A stretch of DNA of 63,885 bases, filler included, from Octopus bimaculoides (GCF_001194135.2; 11 parts of 8 records of this genome joined end to end with filler, not necessarily neighbours in it), one strand, 5' to 3'. Positions 28,030-40,974 are shown, numbered from the whole stretch's first letter. The notes: generated from the sequence alone by a model not told the origin. A program made the numbers and translations.

Positions 28030-28397
28030 TGCATTTGAATTTTGACTTTATTTTGATCTACACCTACACCCTTTCATTGCAATTAATTATCTCAAAACTT
28101 ACAGGAGATATCAGATGAAAGCTTTCAGTGTTTGGTCCACTTACATATTGTAATAAGCCCAAATGAACCCATCCCAAACATTCAACTGGCTGATCGTGTC
28201 TTCAAATTGTGACATCTGAGGAAGTGAATGGACTATAGGATTATTATCACATATTTCTATATATTATGGCATGTATTTCGTAACATTGTATGAAATATGG
28301 TATAAAAATAAAGTTCGTTAACAGAAACAATTATACTGTTAATTTGATTTCTCCTTTTCCCATTTAAATCATTAATATATGTGTGCGTGTATGCATG

Positions 28398-28437
<40 letters not shown>

Positions 28438-28744
28438 CATGCATGTTTGTACGTGTGTGCTTTTATACCTTTTATCATAAGAGGGAATCTTTTCTTCATG
28501 GTAATTGCAGTGAAGACAATGTCTTTAGAAATTGAAATATGTCACAAACATATTTTAACTAACCTATAGTTCACATATTTATGTGTATATATTTGTGTTT
28601 GTGTGTGTGTGTATATATACACACCTCTCTTCATACTTCTCTCCNNNNNNNNNNNNNNNNNNNNNNNNNNNNNNNNNNNNNNNNNNNNTTAATTAATTAA
28701 NNNNNNNNNNNNNNNNNNNNNNNNNNNNNNNNNNNNNNNNNNNN

Positions 28745-29660
28745 TAAAGGTCATACACTGAGTCTTCTTCCACCTTAGTTTTGGCCTGTAGCCTCCCCAT
28801 ATTTAAAGAGTCTGCCATCAGTTGTGAATATGATCTTGATGCTGGTTTTATCATCATTGCAGAAGCATCCAACAGCATGGCTGAGAACATCATGCTGAAC
28901 AGCATAGATGCAAGTACACAGCCCTGCTTGACTTCATGAGTGACTGGGAATGTGTCAGAGGAAGAATCTCCATGATCCAGTACTTGAGCAAGCATGCTGT
29001 TGTGAAACTAACACACCATGCTGGTGAATTTGTCCAGGCAGCTGAATCACTGTAGGTGAGGGGAGGTATTAGGCTGGTCACCAAGATAAAGGTGTATGAA
29101 GCAGCTGTACTGCCTATGCTATTGTATGCCTGTGTGATTTGTATGGTTTAGATATGTCACACCGAAAAGCTAAACTGCTTTGACATCACTGCCTTAGAAA
29201 GTTGTTGAAAATCACCTAGCTAGACAAGTCAGAGGCCATCCTGTTCAAACGCCTGACATGCAACTCCCTAAGAGATTGCTTTACAGTGAACTGATGGAAG
29301 GCAAGTGCATGCAAGGTGGACAGAAAAAGTGCTTCAAGGATACACTCTAAGCTTCATTGAAGAGCTTTGAGATCAACACTGATACCTGGGAAATGCAAGC
29401 TCATGACTGCCCTACCTGACTGCACCAACAGAAGTACCACCTCCTACACACAGAACAGGATTGTGAGGGCATGGTGAAAATGCATACTATGCAAGCTCAG
29501 AGCCAACTCTTTGCTTTCAGTCCCAGCAGACTACCAGTGTATGATTTGTGGAAGAACCTTCTGAGTATGCATCAGACTGATTGGCCACAACCAAACACAC
29601 TGTGGTCCATCTTCTAGTCTCACAAGATACCCTTGGTCATTGTCAACAATGATAGATTAA
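28745..29660. mobile_element. RTE-BovB-like LINE copy with inverted 5' segment
   Basis: 28745-29052(-): FSCLDKFTSMVC*FHNSMLAQVLD...VKQGCVLASMLFSMMFSAML...LQAKTKV. 29055-29660(+): GIRLVTKIKVY...LPKRLLYSELMEGK...GGQKKCFKDTL...CMICGRTF. Confidence 0.85.
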
Positions 29661-29739
29661 TTGTGTATGTATATATTGCAGATTAAGATAAACACACATA
29701 TATACATAGGCATATATGAATAGACACATGATGGCCATC

Positions 29740-30049
29740 CACTTGTGATCGAGGAAGACCATTACTGATCTTGAGGAACATTGTGCATTCTAGGACTAAC
29801 TTATATTTTGCATTGGCGGCTCCGTTGGTGGCTAATGATCCCTGCTCTTGACAAGCATACACAACTGCAAACATTGCAAACCAAACTTTCTTCATTCACT
29901 ATGCTAGCAGTGTACTTTTGAGCAGCATGCTTAAATTCTTCATGCAGAATATATGCTCTATCAAAGGTGTCAACCCCCACCTTAACCTGCTTCCTCCATC
30001 TGTGGTGATGACTGGTGTTGCTCTCCCAGCCAGTCTCCTGCATATCACA
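29740..30049 (-). mobile_element. RTE-clade LINE 3' end
   Basis: ORF 29801-30043(-): WESNTSHHHRWRKQVKVG...VCNVCSCVCLSRAGIISHQR, an RTE terminal motif. Confidence 0.7.
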
Positions 30050-30409
30050 NNNNNNNNNNNNNNNNNNNNNNNNNNNNNNNNNNNNNNNNNNNNTTAATTA
30101 ATTAANNNNNNNNNNNNNNNNNNNNNNNNNNNNNNNNNNNNNNNNNNNNGTCCCATCTTCGTTGAGCCCTGTGTGGCTAATAAAAGAAATGTATTTCCTT
30201 TCCTGAGCGTCCAATAACACTATCCATATCACGTCCTCACTTTGTTGTTTTTTTGTTTTTTTGTTATTGTTTTTTTGAACTTATATATATATATATATGT
30301 ATACACACACACACAAATATATGTTAATTTCAATCGTATTATATTAAATGTATGCATATATATATGTTATACATACATACATTTAACATAATATAAAATA
30401 ATATAAATT

Positions 30410-30444
<35 letters not shown>

Positions 30445-30924
30445 GTATAAATATATATACAGGTTCTTACTTTCTGCAGAGTAGATTGGAAGAACCTGAA
30501 ATAAATTGTCCTTCTCAAGAACACAACTTGCTGTCCCATTAAGGAATCGAAACCACGATATTATAGTCGTTAGTCCCAAATCCCACTAACTTCGATGATA
30601 CACGCCTTCGTACGAGTTTATCATACACTAATATACTAGAAATAGTGTCTCTTGCTTTGCTGTTAGGTGTTTCAACCGATGTACTATTCGACCCTTCTTA
30701 GGTAGCTTCCTTTGTAGATAACATTGTCAGTGTTTCAAATCGATTATGGAATCCGAAACTAACAGCTCAAAATTCTTCTAATAAAAGCCCGTTTCGGAAT
30801 TCTAAGAACGTAATCAGACTCGGCTGACAACGAAAGCAAGTCAAAGGATAGAACAGTCGAAACATATGTTGTTACTGCATTATAAAACCAACGCACTAGT
30901 AAAAATATACCTGATTCTTGCACA

Positions 30925-31110
30925 AGGTCTCCACAGATATTTTGAGGTGGGGAGGAACAGACGATTACGTGGACCCCAATGCTCAAGTGGTGCATTATTG
31001 TTTCGATGAAAGGCAGTGTCAACCTCGGCTGGATTTGAGCTCATAACGTAAAGAGCCGGAAAAATGCTTAACGGCATTTTGTCGGGCACAGTAACGATTC
31101 TGCTAATTCA
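30925..31110 (-). mobile_element. SINE family B (diverged)
   Basis: GATGAAAGGCAGTGTCAACCTCGGCTGGATTTGAGCTCA parallels 41430-41470 and the reverse complement of 61905-61935. Confidence 0.75.
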
Positions 31111-31129
31111 CAGCATTTGTTACTGCTTC

Positions 31130-31183
<54 letters not shown>

Positions 31184-31283
31184 NNNNNNNNNNNNNNNNN
31201 NNNNNNNNNNNNNNNNNNNNNNNNNNNTTAATTAATTAANNNNNNNNNNNNNNNNNNNNNNNNNNNNNNNNNNNNNNNNNNNN

Positions 31284-31560
31284 CACACTAACAACTGTAT
31301 CAACAATACCAACACCAACACCATCCCCACAACATCATTACACTAACAACACTGCCAACACACTAACAACTGTATCAACAATACCAACACCAACACCATC
31401 CCAACAACATCATTACACTAACAACACTGCCATCACACTAACAACTGTATCAACAATACCAACACCAACACCATCCCAACAACATCATTACACTAACAAA
31501 ACTGCCATCACACTAACAACTGTATCAACAATACCAACACCAACACCATCCCAACAACAC
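31284..31560 (+). repeat. 75-bp minisatellite, about 3.7 copies
   Basis: Unit CACACTAACAACTGTATCAACAATACCAACACC...ACTGCCA(A/T) starts at 31284, 31359, 31434 and 31509. Runs out of a gap. Confidence 0.95.
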
Positions 31561-33416
31561 CAACGCCGCTATTACTCTAACACCAACACTGCTATCATAT
31601 TAACGACAGCACCAACAACATCAATATGCGAACAACACAAACACCGCCATCACAAGAACAACAACAACAGCAACAACAACTCTAACAACACCAACAACAC
31701 CAACATCAACATGCCAACAACAATGCTTACACCGTCATCATCCTAATAACAGCATCAACAGCCCTAGCACGGCCATTGCTACAACAGCGCCAAGAACACT
31801 AACAACACCAGCATAACAACAGAAACACTAACACGGCCATCACACCAACAACAACATCAATACGCACCAATAGCTCTAACAATAATATTGCCGCCAACAC
31901 CAACGATCATACCAACACCACCACCATCACCACCACGACCACCACCGCCGCCAACAACAACAACACCAACATCAACAACACCGACGCCGTTACCATATTC
32001 TCAACACCACTCTCCCCAGCACCAGCCTAACCCTATCCACATCCCCGTTACACTCCTGTATCAAAGCAGTGTTAACCAATCAATGATGCCCATTTGTAAT
32101 CCCAGTAAATTCTAGAAAAGCTCCTCCAACTGCACACTTGTCTATTTGATGTCATTAACAAGAATCATTTATTACTAGAGCCTGCCTATAAATAGTCCGA
32201 CTTGTTTTAATTGGATAACTTGCAGATGACGTCATCGATGTGGGGCTTATTGGTGCTGTTTGCTGCTGTTGTTGCTGTTGTTGTTGTTAATGTTATAGTA
32301 GTAGCAAAAGTAGTAAAAATTGGTGGTGCTGGTAATTTGCTATGGCGGTAGCGGTGGCTGTGGTGGTGGTGGTGGTGGTAGGTGTGTTGCTATTAGTGTT
32401 GTTGTTGTTGTTGTTGTTATAAGTGGTAGTGGTAGTGGTAGTGGTGGTGCTGGTGGTGCTGGTGGTACTGGTGNNNNNNNNNNNNNNNNNNNNNNNNNNN
32501 NNNNNNNNNNNNNNNNNNNNNNNNNNNNNNNNNNNNNNNNNNNNNNNNNNNNNNNNNNNNNNNNNNNNNNNNNNNNNNNNNNNNNNNNNNNNNNNNNNNN
32601 NNNNNNNNNNNNNNNNNNNNNNNNNNNNNNNNNNNNNNNNNNNNNNNNNNNNNNNNNNNNNNNNNNNNNNNNNNNNNNNNNNNNNNNNNNNNNNNNNNNN
32701 NNNNNNNNNNNNNNNNNNNNNNNNNNNNNNNNNNNNNNNNNNNNNNNNNNNNNNNNNNNNNNNNNNNNNNNNNNNNNNNNNNNNNNNNNNNNNNNNNNNN
32801 NNNNNNNNNNNNNNNNNNNNNNNNNNNNNNNNNNNNNNNNNNNNNNNNNNNNNNNNNNNNNNNNNNNNNNNNNNNNNNNNNNNNNNNNNNNNNNNNNNNN
32901 NNNNNNNNNNNNNNNNNNNNNNNNNNNNNNNNNNNNNNNNNNNNNNNNNNNNNNNNNNNNNNNNNNNNNNNNNNNNNNNNNNNNNNNNNNNNNNNNNNNN
33001 NNNNNNNNNNNNNNNNNNNNNNNNNNNNNNNNNNNNNNNNNNNNNNNNNNNNNNNNNNNNNNNNNNNNNNNNNNNNNNNNNNNNNNNNNNNNNNNNNNNN
33101 NNGGTGGTATTGATGGTACTGGTGATGGTATTGGTATTGGTGATGGTTGTGGTGGTGGTGGTGAGATTGATAGTGAAGTGATGGAGAGAAAGAGGAGGTG
33201 ACTGATTCGTTGGGGTAATGCTAGTGGTGGTAGTGAAAGCCATAAGGTTGGGAATGATGGTGATCGTGACGACGATGATGATGATGATGTTGGAGGATGG
33301 CGGATTGATAGTGAAAGTGATGGTGGTTATTTGATACTTGTGTATGCAATGGCAGTACGGGTAGGTAGGTAGGTAGGTAGGTAAGCTGGTTTTAATGTTT
33401 GCACAGACGGTTCGGA

Positions 33417-33453
<37 letters not shown>

Positions 33454-33520
33454 AATGGTGATGGTGATGATTGTAATGATGGTGATGCTGGCAACGATGA
33501 TGGTGCAATTGTTGTTTAGC
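31560..33520. repeat. Degenerate CAA/CCA and GGT/GAT trinucleotide low-complexity block
   Basis: Directly visible; spans a 629-N gap. Confidence 0.85.
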
Positions 33521-34020
33521 AGCCAGCACCCCAAAGTCATTCCGAATCAATAGATACNNNNNNNNNNNNNNNNNNNNNNNNNNNNNNNNNNNNNNNNNNN
33601 NTTAATTAATTAANNNNNNNNNNNNNNNNNNNNNNNNNNNNNNNNNNNNNNNNNNNNATATATATATATATATATATATATAGTATATCTCACACTGCAA
33701 ATCTGATTGTGAAAACACTGCGACAAATTATGCTGTAATATTGTAAAAAGGTGTGGGAAATCTAGCAGAGATGAGAGAAGAAAAGAGGCTTGTTGAAATA
33801 AAAGACCTATCTAACATCTAGTTGTTATTGTTGTTCAGTTGCCAGGGTCTACTTCTTATCCAGTAGACCTATCACTCAAAGATATTCAAACTGAGATCAT
33901 TCAGTATTTTCTCTTTCAGATATAGGGTATTTGTGACACTCAACCACCCCAATATGGAAATCTATGGTCTCTAGCAGTATGACCCTATAGTGTCCAATTA
34001 AGGAACACTGGTGTTCAGTG

Positions 34021-34463
34021 TTGATAGATATTGGAGAAGGAAATATTACTATTCAGAAGGTTTAGAGTTTCAAGAAGGATTGGTGAATGATTAGAGGTTA
34101 TAGATTTCTATGAAGAGAAATTTGTTGTTGAGGAGTCATAGATTTTCAAGAAAAGGCATAACTGTTTAAGTGCTATATGCCTCCCAAAAGAAGGTACTAC
34201 CCTTTTTGTTGGCTATAGATGTCTAAGAAGGTAGTGCAGCTGTTTAGGGTTATTATTTTCAAAAAAGGAACTCTGAACTTTAGATGTCATAGACTTCCAA
34301 TAAGGAAGTTAAGATATTTAGGAATCATAAACTTCTAGGAAGGGAATATTGCTATTTAGAGACCATAAAATTCTTAGAATATTACTGCTTATGGGTCACA
34401 AACTTCCAAGAAGAGGACATTCCTATTTAAGGGCTCTAAGCTTTGAAGAATGATATATAGCTG
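34021..34463 (+). repeat. Highly degenerate 38-bp minisatellite (about 11-12 units)
   Basis: Units resemble TTTAGAGGTCATAGACTTCCAAGAAGGGAATATTGCT(A/G). Clear unit starts at 34279, 34317 and 34355, 38 bp apart. Confidence 0.7.
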
Positions 34464-35007
34464 CTCTGGGGCCATATTTTTCTTAATAAAGGAATGCTGC
34501 TGTTTATATATTTGCATGGAAGAGCACTGGTGTGGCTCTTCTTTTTCTTTTAACAGTTAAGGCAGAGGTGACAGGATAATGTCCATAACTCTTTTTAGAG
34601 TCTCCATAACTGGTAAAAAGAAAGGAAGAGATTATCTTCAGACAGAATATCTGGCCCTCTAAAGGCATCCATGAAACAAATGATACAGTTAAACTTCTAT
34701 CCAAGAACAATCATTTGAATTTTATGGAAGCATGTTGTTCCTTTGTTTCAGCCATAGTAAAAATTGACGAACAGGGGAGAAGCACTGCAAAACAATGATG
34801 CACCACATGGCAGTACACCCTCACCTGATGCTGCCAGTCAGTACACTGATGCCCTAGGGTTGCATCAAGTAGCTTCTAGTGATGGAAGCCTGAACTATAA
34901 TGGGCTTGCCCCACAGAGAACATTTCTAGTTAGTTTGGGGTATCCCCTCGTATACATAAATACATCAATATGTCCGTCCATACATACATACATTCATTCA
35001 TTCATTT

Positions 35008-35470
35008 GATCACATCACATATGTGATCAGTTGTTGTCCAAAGACATCATCATGGTTCTACCTACCAATATGAAATGACATTGTTGCTAAAATAATATAC
35101 AATGCCATCAGTAAAAAAATACTGTTCTGGAATAAATAGAGACACCCCACCGTAATTGAATACATTAATAAACAACAAATACAAGGAATATTAGTAGAAC
35201 ATTCCCATCAAACCTTCTACTAAGTGTTACCATAACAGGCCAGATATCATTGTTTGGAACAGACAATAATAAGTATGTAGTATCATAGAGATTAACTGCC
35301 CTACAGATGTGAATATCACTTCAAAAATCAAAGAGATTGAGGATAACTATGGATAACTGCTTCAATGCCTTCATCTTATATACCCTGATCATAAACTCCC
35401 ATTTATACCAATAATAGTTGGTACACTTGGTTTTTGTGAGGATGCCAATGTGAAAATTTTATTAAACATG
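35008..35470 (+). mobile_element. RLE-type non-LTR retrotransposon (R4/NeSL-like) 3' remnant
   Basis: DHITYVISCCPK...YLPI*NDIVAKIIYNAI (zinc-knuckle half, RHD-like), then HNRPDIIVW...SIIEINCPTD.NI..KIKE...PFIPIIVGTLG (PD-D/E restriction-like endonuclease pattern). Confidence 0.75.
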
Positions 35471-35559
35471 CCAATTTGTCTATTCGCTTTTCAATCCTTG
35501 CAGTACCCCTTACTTCACAAGGGCTTAATCCATTATGAAAATCTGATTTACTTAGAGCA

Positions 35560-35800
35560 AGCGAAGCAGCATCCATGACCTCTAGAGACTGGATGTGGGT
35601 GGGTGAAACAATCGAAAGCTATAAACGATGAATTGTTGCATTAAGAAGTAGTGCATCAAGACATTTAGTTATCTTCAGGGTGGACACCAGGTCAAAGCTT
35701 GCAATAGACTGGGACTTCTGAACTCCAATAAAGATACCCAAAGACTAGGTGGTATTGACAACTCAGGTGACAAAGTTGGTTTACTATCCTTCCATTATAT
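35560..35800 (-). mobile_element. Possible Penelope-like RT fragment
   Basis: Short translated match SIASFDLVS...KCLDALL resembles the PLE SFDV.SLYT motif. Heavily decayed. Confidence 0.35.
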
Positions 35801-36679
35801 TTAATCAAGCAATATAACCATCTTTTCAAAAGAAAAAAATGGAATTTAGCCCTTTATCAATATTTTCACTCATCCCATTGTTTATTGCATAGTTTCAAAA
35901 GTAAGAAAAGTACAGTCAAATTGAGAGTTGATGACTGAGCTGGAAGGAGCATGTCTGGAAATGAAGGAACTGAAGAAGTACCAGATATTAAACACAAAAC
36001 TGAAGTCTATCTCTGACGAGAAATGAGGAGTCTCCCAGTATTGAATTTTTTGAGAGTAATTACATATAACTTATAAACTCTATCGATTTATCTCTCTAAC
36101 AGACAGCTAACCGATAGATATATGTTAGCTGTCTGTCTATATATATATGTGTGTACCTTGATGATGATGTATATTAATGTCTTCTTGTCTTGATTTTGCA
36201 TGACAGTTGTAAATGAGGATTGCCATCATGCAAGTGCTGTTTGTAAGGTTATGGGTTTGATTCCTGGACAAAGCATTGTCCCCTCGAGAAAGACATTTCA
36301 TTCCTTGTTGTTATCTACTCAGCTGAAAATGAATATTAGTTGACTGCTGGTGCAGCTTTCTCTTCCTTCAGCTGTCACAACCTCAGTGTTCCACTGGGTC
36401 AAGGGTGAGAGGAGTGAGATAATATCTTTGTCTGCTTACAATTGCATAGGCACCTAAAACAACTATTGAAAGCATAGCACTAGATACCAGAGGAAACTTG
36501 TGTGCAAGTGACAGCTAAGCAAACATTTTACTGTCATTATTCAACAATTTCATCCTTTAATATTTTCATTTTCTAGGAAAATACTAGTTTTCTAATTTCC
36601 TTTCCAAGGAAAATTTTTCAATTTTTTTTTTGTAAAAGAAACCACTTTTGCTTTCCATTTTGGCAAGATAATCACTTTT

Positions 36680-37110
36680 ATTGTGTGGTAAGAAGTTTAT
36701 GTCCCAACTACATAGTTTCAGGTTCAGTGCCACTGCATGGCACCCTGGACAAGTGTCTTCCACTATAGCCCTGGCTCAAACGAACCTGGCGAGTGAATTT
36801 GGCAGACGGAAACTGAAGGAAGCCCATCCTTCTTTCACTATGTGTGTGTGTGTGTGTGTGTGTGTGCATGTATTAATGTCTTTTTGCCTTGACTTTGCAT
36901 GATAGTTGTAAATGAGTATTATGAAGGAAGCAGTGTCCTTCATTTCCAAACTCCTGTCTGCTTGTGGGGAAATATTATCTTACTTGGAAACAGGTCAGGG
37001 TTGGTGACAGGAAGGGCATCAAGCCATAGAAAGGTCTGCCACAACAAGTTTCTGTCTGACTCATCAACATAGGGAAAATGAACATTAAAATGATGATGAA
37101 GATGTTGATG
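36680..37110 (+). mobile_element. SINE family A head with alternative 3' half
   Basis: Family A head, then (TG)n, then GGTTGGTGACAGGAAGGGCATC...AAAATGAACATTAAAATGATGATG instead of the tail seen at 45.5 kb. Confidence 0.75.
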
Positions 37111-37143
37111 ATGATCACAGACACACACACAGACACACACACA

Positions 37144-37215
<72 letters not shown>

Positions 37216-37845
37216 NNNNNNNNNNNNNNNNNNNNNNNNNNNNNNNNNNNNNNNNNNNNNNNNNNNNNNNNNNNNNNNNNNNNNNNNNNNNNNNNNNNNN
37301 NNNNNNNNNNNNNNNNNNNNNNNNNNNNNNNNNNNNNNNNNNNNNNNNNNNNNNNNNNNNNNNNNNNNNNNNNNNNNNNNNNNNNNNNNNNNNNNNNNNN
37401 NNNNNNNNNNNNNNNNNNNNNNNNNNNNNNNNNNNNNNNNNNNNNNNNNNNNNNNNNNNNNNNNNNNNNNNNNNNNNNNNNNNNNNNNNNNNNNNNNNNN
37501 NNNNNNNNNNNNNNNNNNNNNNNNNNNNNNNNNNNNNNNNNNNNNNNNNNNNNNNNNNNNNNNNNNNNNNNNNNNNNNNNNNNNNNNNNNNNNNNNNNNN
37601 NNNNNNNNNNNNNNNNNNNNNNNNNNNNNNNNNNNNNNNNNNNNNNNNNNNNNNNNNNNNNNNNNNNNNNNNNNNNNNNNNNNNNNNNNNNNNNNNNNNN
37701 NNNNNNNNNNNNNNNNNNNNNNNNNNNNNNNNNNNNNNNNNNNNNNNNNNNNNNNNNNNNNNNNNNNNNNNNNNNNNNNNNNNNNNNNNNNNNNNNNNNN
37801 NNNNNNNNNNNNNNNNNNNNNNNNNNNNNNNNNNNNNNNNNNNNN

Positions 37846-37882
<37 letters not shown>

Positions 37883-38392
37883 TATATATGTATGTAAGTA
37901 TATATATATATATATATATACTTACATATATATATATACATATATATACATACAGACACACACACACATATGTATATACATACACACATACATCTACTAC
38001 ATATGTGGAAATATGTGAGTGTGTTTGTTTGTGGCATTGTTATCTAACTCTTCCTACATTGTTTTATCGATTTTGATGAAACTTGACACGTGAGTAGAAC
38101 TCATGTCTGGAAAACTAGTGACATACTTAGATTGTTGAAAAAATTGATAATAGGACCCTTGGAAGGGATTCTTATATCTATTACATATAACTAATATTTT
38201 ATTTTTAAACATCCAAAGGAAATAACCCATTCACTCCTAAAAGGAATCCTTATATATAGCTTAGGGAAATAACCCATTCATGTTCGGAAATTATTTCGTA
38301 TAAATCAAATTGAGTATGCTTAATTCTTAGTATTTGAACAATTTGAATTATTTTCGCAATTTATCCAGTACAACGCTTAAACAAGTAAATAG

Positions 38393-38540
38393 TATTTACA
38401 TTATTTACATTCGACAGATATTTGTCCTCATTTTGTTTGTTGTTAACACAACGTTTCAGCTGAATAAGGTTGGAAACGTTAACAACAAACAAGATGAGGT
38501 CAAATATCCATTGAATGAAAATAATACAAATAATGTACAT
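38393..38540. repeat. Imperfect inverted repeat (two arms of about 45-60 bp)
   Basis: GATATTTGTCCTCATTTTGTTTGTTGTTAAC...GTTTC versus GAAACGTTAACAACAAACAAGATGAGGTCAAATATC, with a spacer of about 15 nt. Confidence 0.85.
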
Positions 38541-39124
38541 AATTCCTCATCTCTTAAATATAGACTGAAGTAAATAGTAATTTCCTAGACAATAGATCCA
38601 ATTATTTTGGTTAGTGACTCATTCATGAATATACCAATACTAGTGCCGCTGAGGGTAATATTTTATGGGAACACACAAAAGCCCTTTTCAGAGTTATTTA
38701 CTTTGAATTGTTATTATCTCATATCTGATTAGCCTGTTGTTACGTATCATGCTTCACGATTTTAGTATACATACCTTATTAGTATTTCCTCCTAAGTTCT
38801 ATATACTTTGGGAACGTATTAAAGCTCGTTTCGGGGCTACTTTATTCCAATTCTTACTATCGGGTAATTAATTTCATGTTATTACATAACTGACTTCACA
38901 ATTTGGGTATTCATAACTTATTGGGAATTCCTAAAAACAAGATCCTGTGCAAGACAGTTTGGTATTCTCAATAAATGTACAAAAACCGTTTTAAGGGCTA
39001 CATACTTTGTATGGTTGTTACTGGATTAATGAAACAATTATGAGAACAGAACCAAGGGATAAGGTCCACTTTCCCAGGAATTACAGGGTACGTCAGGTAG
39101 TATATATATATATATATATATATA

Positions 39125-39295
39125 TCATCATCATCATCATCATCATCATCGTTTAACGTCCGCTTTCCATGCTAGCATGGGTTGGACGATTTGACTGAGG
39201 ACTGGTGAAACCGGATGGCAACACCAGGCTCCAATCTAAATTTGGCAGAGTTTCTACAGCTGGATGCCCTTCCTAACGCCAACCACTCAGAGATA
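39125..39295 (-). mobile_element. Retroposon 3' fragment ending in (ATG)n
   Basis: Minus strand GGTTGGCGTTAGGAAGGGCATCCAGC...AAAGCGGACGTTAAACGATGATG shares motifs with the 3' half of the 36.7-37.1 kb SINE. Confidence 0.7.
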
Positions 39296-39299
39296 TATC

Positions 39300-39343
<44 letters not shown>

Positions 39344-39359
39344 TACATACATACATACA

Positions 39360-39389
<30 letters not shown>

Positions 39390-39391
<2 letters not shown>

Positions 39392-40964
39392 GGGTGCATA
39401 AGGTATTTGAGGACAAATTTGTTTCTTTAGAAAAAACATGCATAAAATAATAGAAAACAATATTATTTATTGGAAAAAGTTGTACATATAAACTAGATTA
39501 ACTTCATTATGATCTTATTCAATGTAAACAGCTTCAGTATCAATAATTGCTTCTATGCAGGATCTAAATCATTTACATGCCTGAATTAAATGGTCCTGGT
39601 TCATATCAGACATTACTCTGACTATGGTAGCTTTCGAAGAATCCTTGATGTTATGGGGATGTTGATTGATCTCTTTCTCAGCAATGATTCCTACATAGTA
39701 GTTCAATGGATTGAGATCTGGTGAGTTTGGAAGCCAAATGTTAGGGGTTATGTGGTAATGGAAATTGTCAGCCATCCATTCTTGGGTTACTTGAGCCTTA
39801 TGTGATGGTGCAAAGTCCTGCAGAAACACATAAGTCCCTTCATTGCGAACTCTATCTATCCAAGGCTTGACAACAATTTCCAGAGCCTCAATGTCGTCAG
39901 CAGAGTTAACTCTAAGGCCTTGTGGAAAGAAGTGAGAAGACATCACATGTTTTCATTACTAACAACTCCAAAATCCATGAAAGTTGCTGGAAATTTTGTG
40001 TAAGTATCTTGAAAGAAAAGTTGAACCTAAGAAGCATCAGTTGTGGTGTGCAAGAGAGACGATTGCGCTGGTATGGATATGTGGCGAGAATGGATGAGGA
40101 TAGCTGTGTGAAAAAGTGCCACACCCTAGCGGTTGAGGGAGCCTGTGGAAGAGGCAGGCCTAGGAAGACCTGGGATGAGGTGGTGAAGCACGGCCTCCGA
40201 ACTTTAGGCCTCACCGAGGCAATGACTTCTGACCGAGACCTTTGGAAATATGCTGTGCGTGAGAAGACTCGGCAAGCCAAGTGAGACCAAAATCCAAGGC
40301 CTCTGCCAGGGATGTAACCAGCCCACTTATGCGTAACATTCCTTCTTTGGACACTAACTCCAAACATAACCATCTGTCATTTTTCTATTGTCTAGTCAAA
40401 AGTTTTCCCATCTAAGAAAAAAAACCAAATGATGTCATGTTCTTTTGGGTTTTTAACTTTTAGATCTGATTAAACAATTTTCCTTTGTTTTTTTCTGACA
40501 TGAATTGACCTTTCTTCAGCATGTAAAACTTGTACTGGATGACTTTGTAGACAACATTTCTGATTGTCCATTCTGATACAGGGAGATCTTTTGTGATTGA
40601 CCTCATGGATTTTCTGGGATTTCTGTCAATGAGCTGTCGAACTTGCTAAATAAATTCAGGTTTTCTGATAGTAATGGAGTGTTGGGAATGCTTTTTGCAT
40701 TTTGGTACTGGTGATACCTTTCCATATGAGGCCTCTGACTCCTTGTGAACTTTGCAAATAAAAAAGGCTGGCGAATTTTAAAAACTGAGCTATCTCTAAA
40801 TCATTATGCTCAACCTTTAAGGCCACAGTTACAGCATGTCTCTTCATTTCTTGAGTAATCTGAATGTCTGCCATTATTATTTTCTGAAACATAAATAACA
40901 TAAAGTTAATTTAAAAACAGTAATAACTCAAAAAGTCGTGTTCCTAAATAGCCTATGCACCCTG
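39390..40964 (-). mobile_element. DD37D (maT-like) Tc1/mariner transposon with both TIRs, decayed
   Basis: Imperfect TIRs TAGGGTGCATAAGGTATTTGAGGACA (39390-39414) and TGTTCCTAAATAGCCTATGCACCCTG (40939-40964). In QDFAPSH...WLPNSPDLNPLNY there are 37 residues between the D and the last catalytic position (here N). N-terminus in ORF 40656-40901. Confidence 0.85.
40011..40357 (+). mobile_element. RTE-type LINE 3' fragment nested in the DD37D transposase
   Basis: ERRLRWYGYVARMDE...GRGRPRKTWDEVV...DRDLWKYAV. The transposase frame resumes on both sides. Confidence 0.85.
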
Positions 40965-40974
40965 GATATATATC

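Noticed and set aside
30660-30710. Possible hammerhead remnant (GGTCGA/TCGGTT stem then GAAAC, minus strand)
   Set aside because: Core lacks G5 and no cleavage triplet follows; too decayed to support.
31284-31745. Thr/Asn/Pro-rich mucin-like open frame over the 75-bp repeat
   Set aside because: No start or splice context; a C/A-rich repeat lacks stops by composition.
34021-34463. CRISPR-like array (period about 38 bp)
   Set aside because: Units are contiguous and degenerate with no spacers, there are no cas genes, and the context is eukaryotic.
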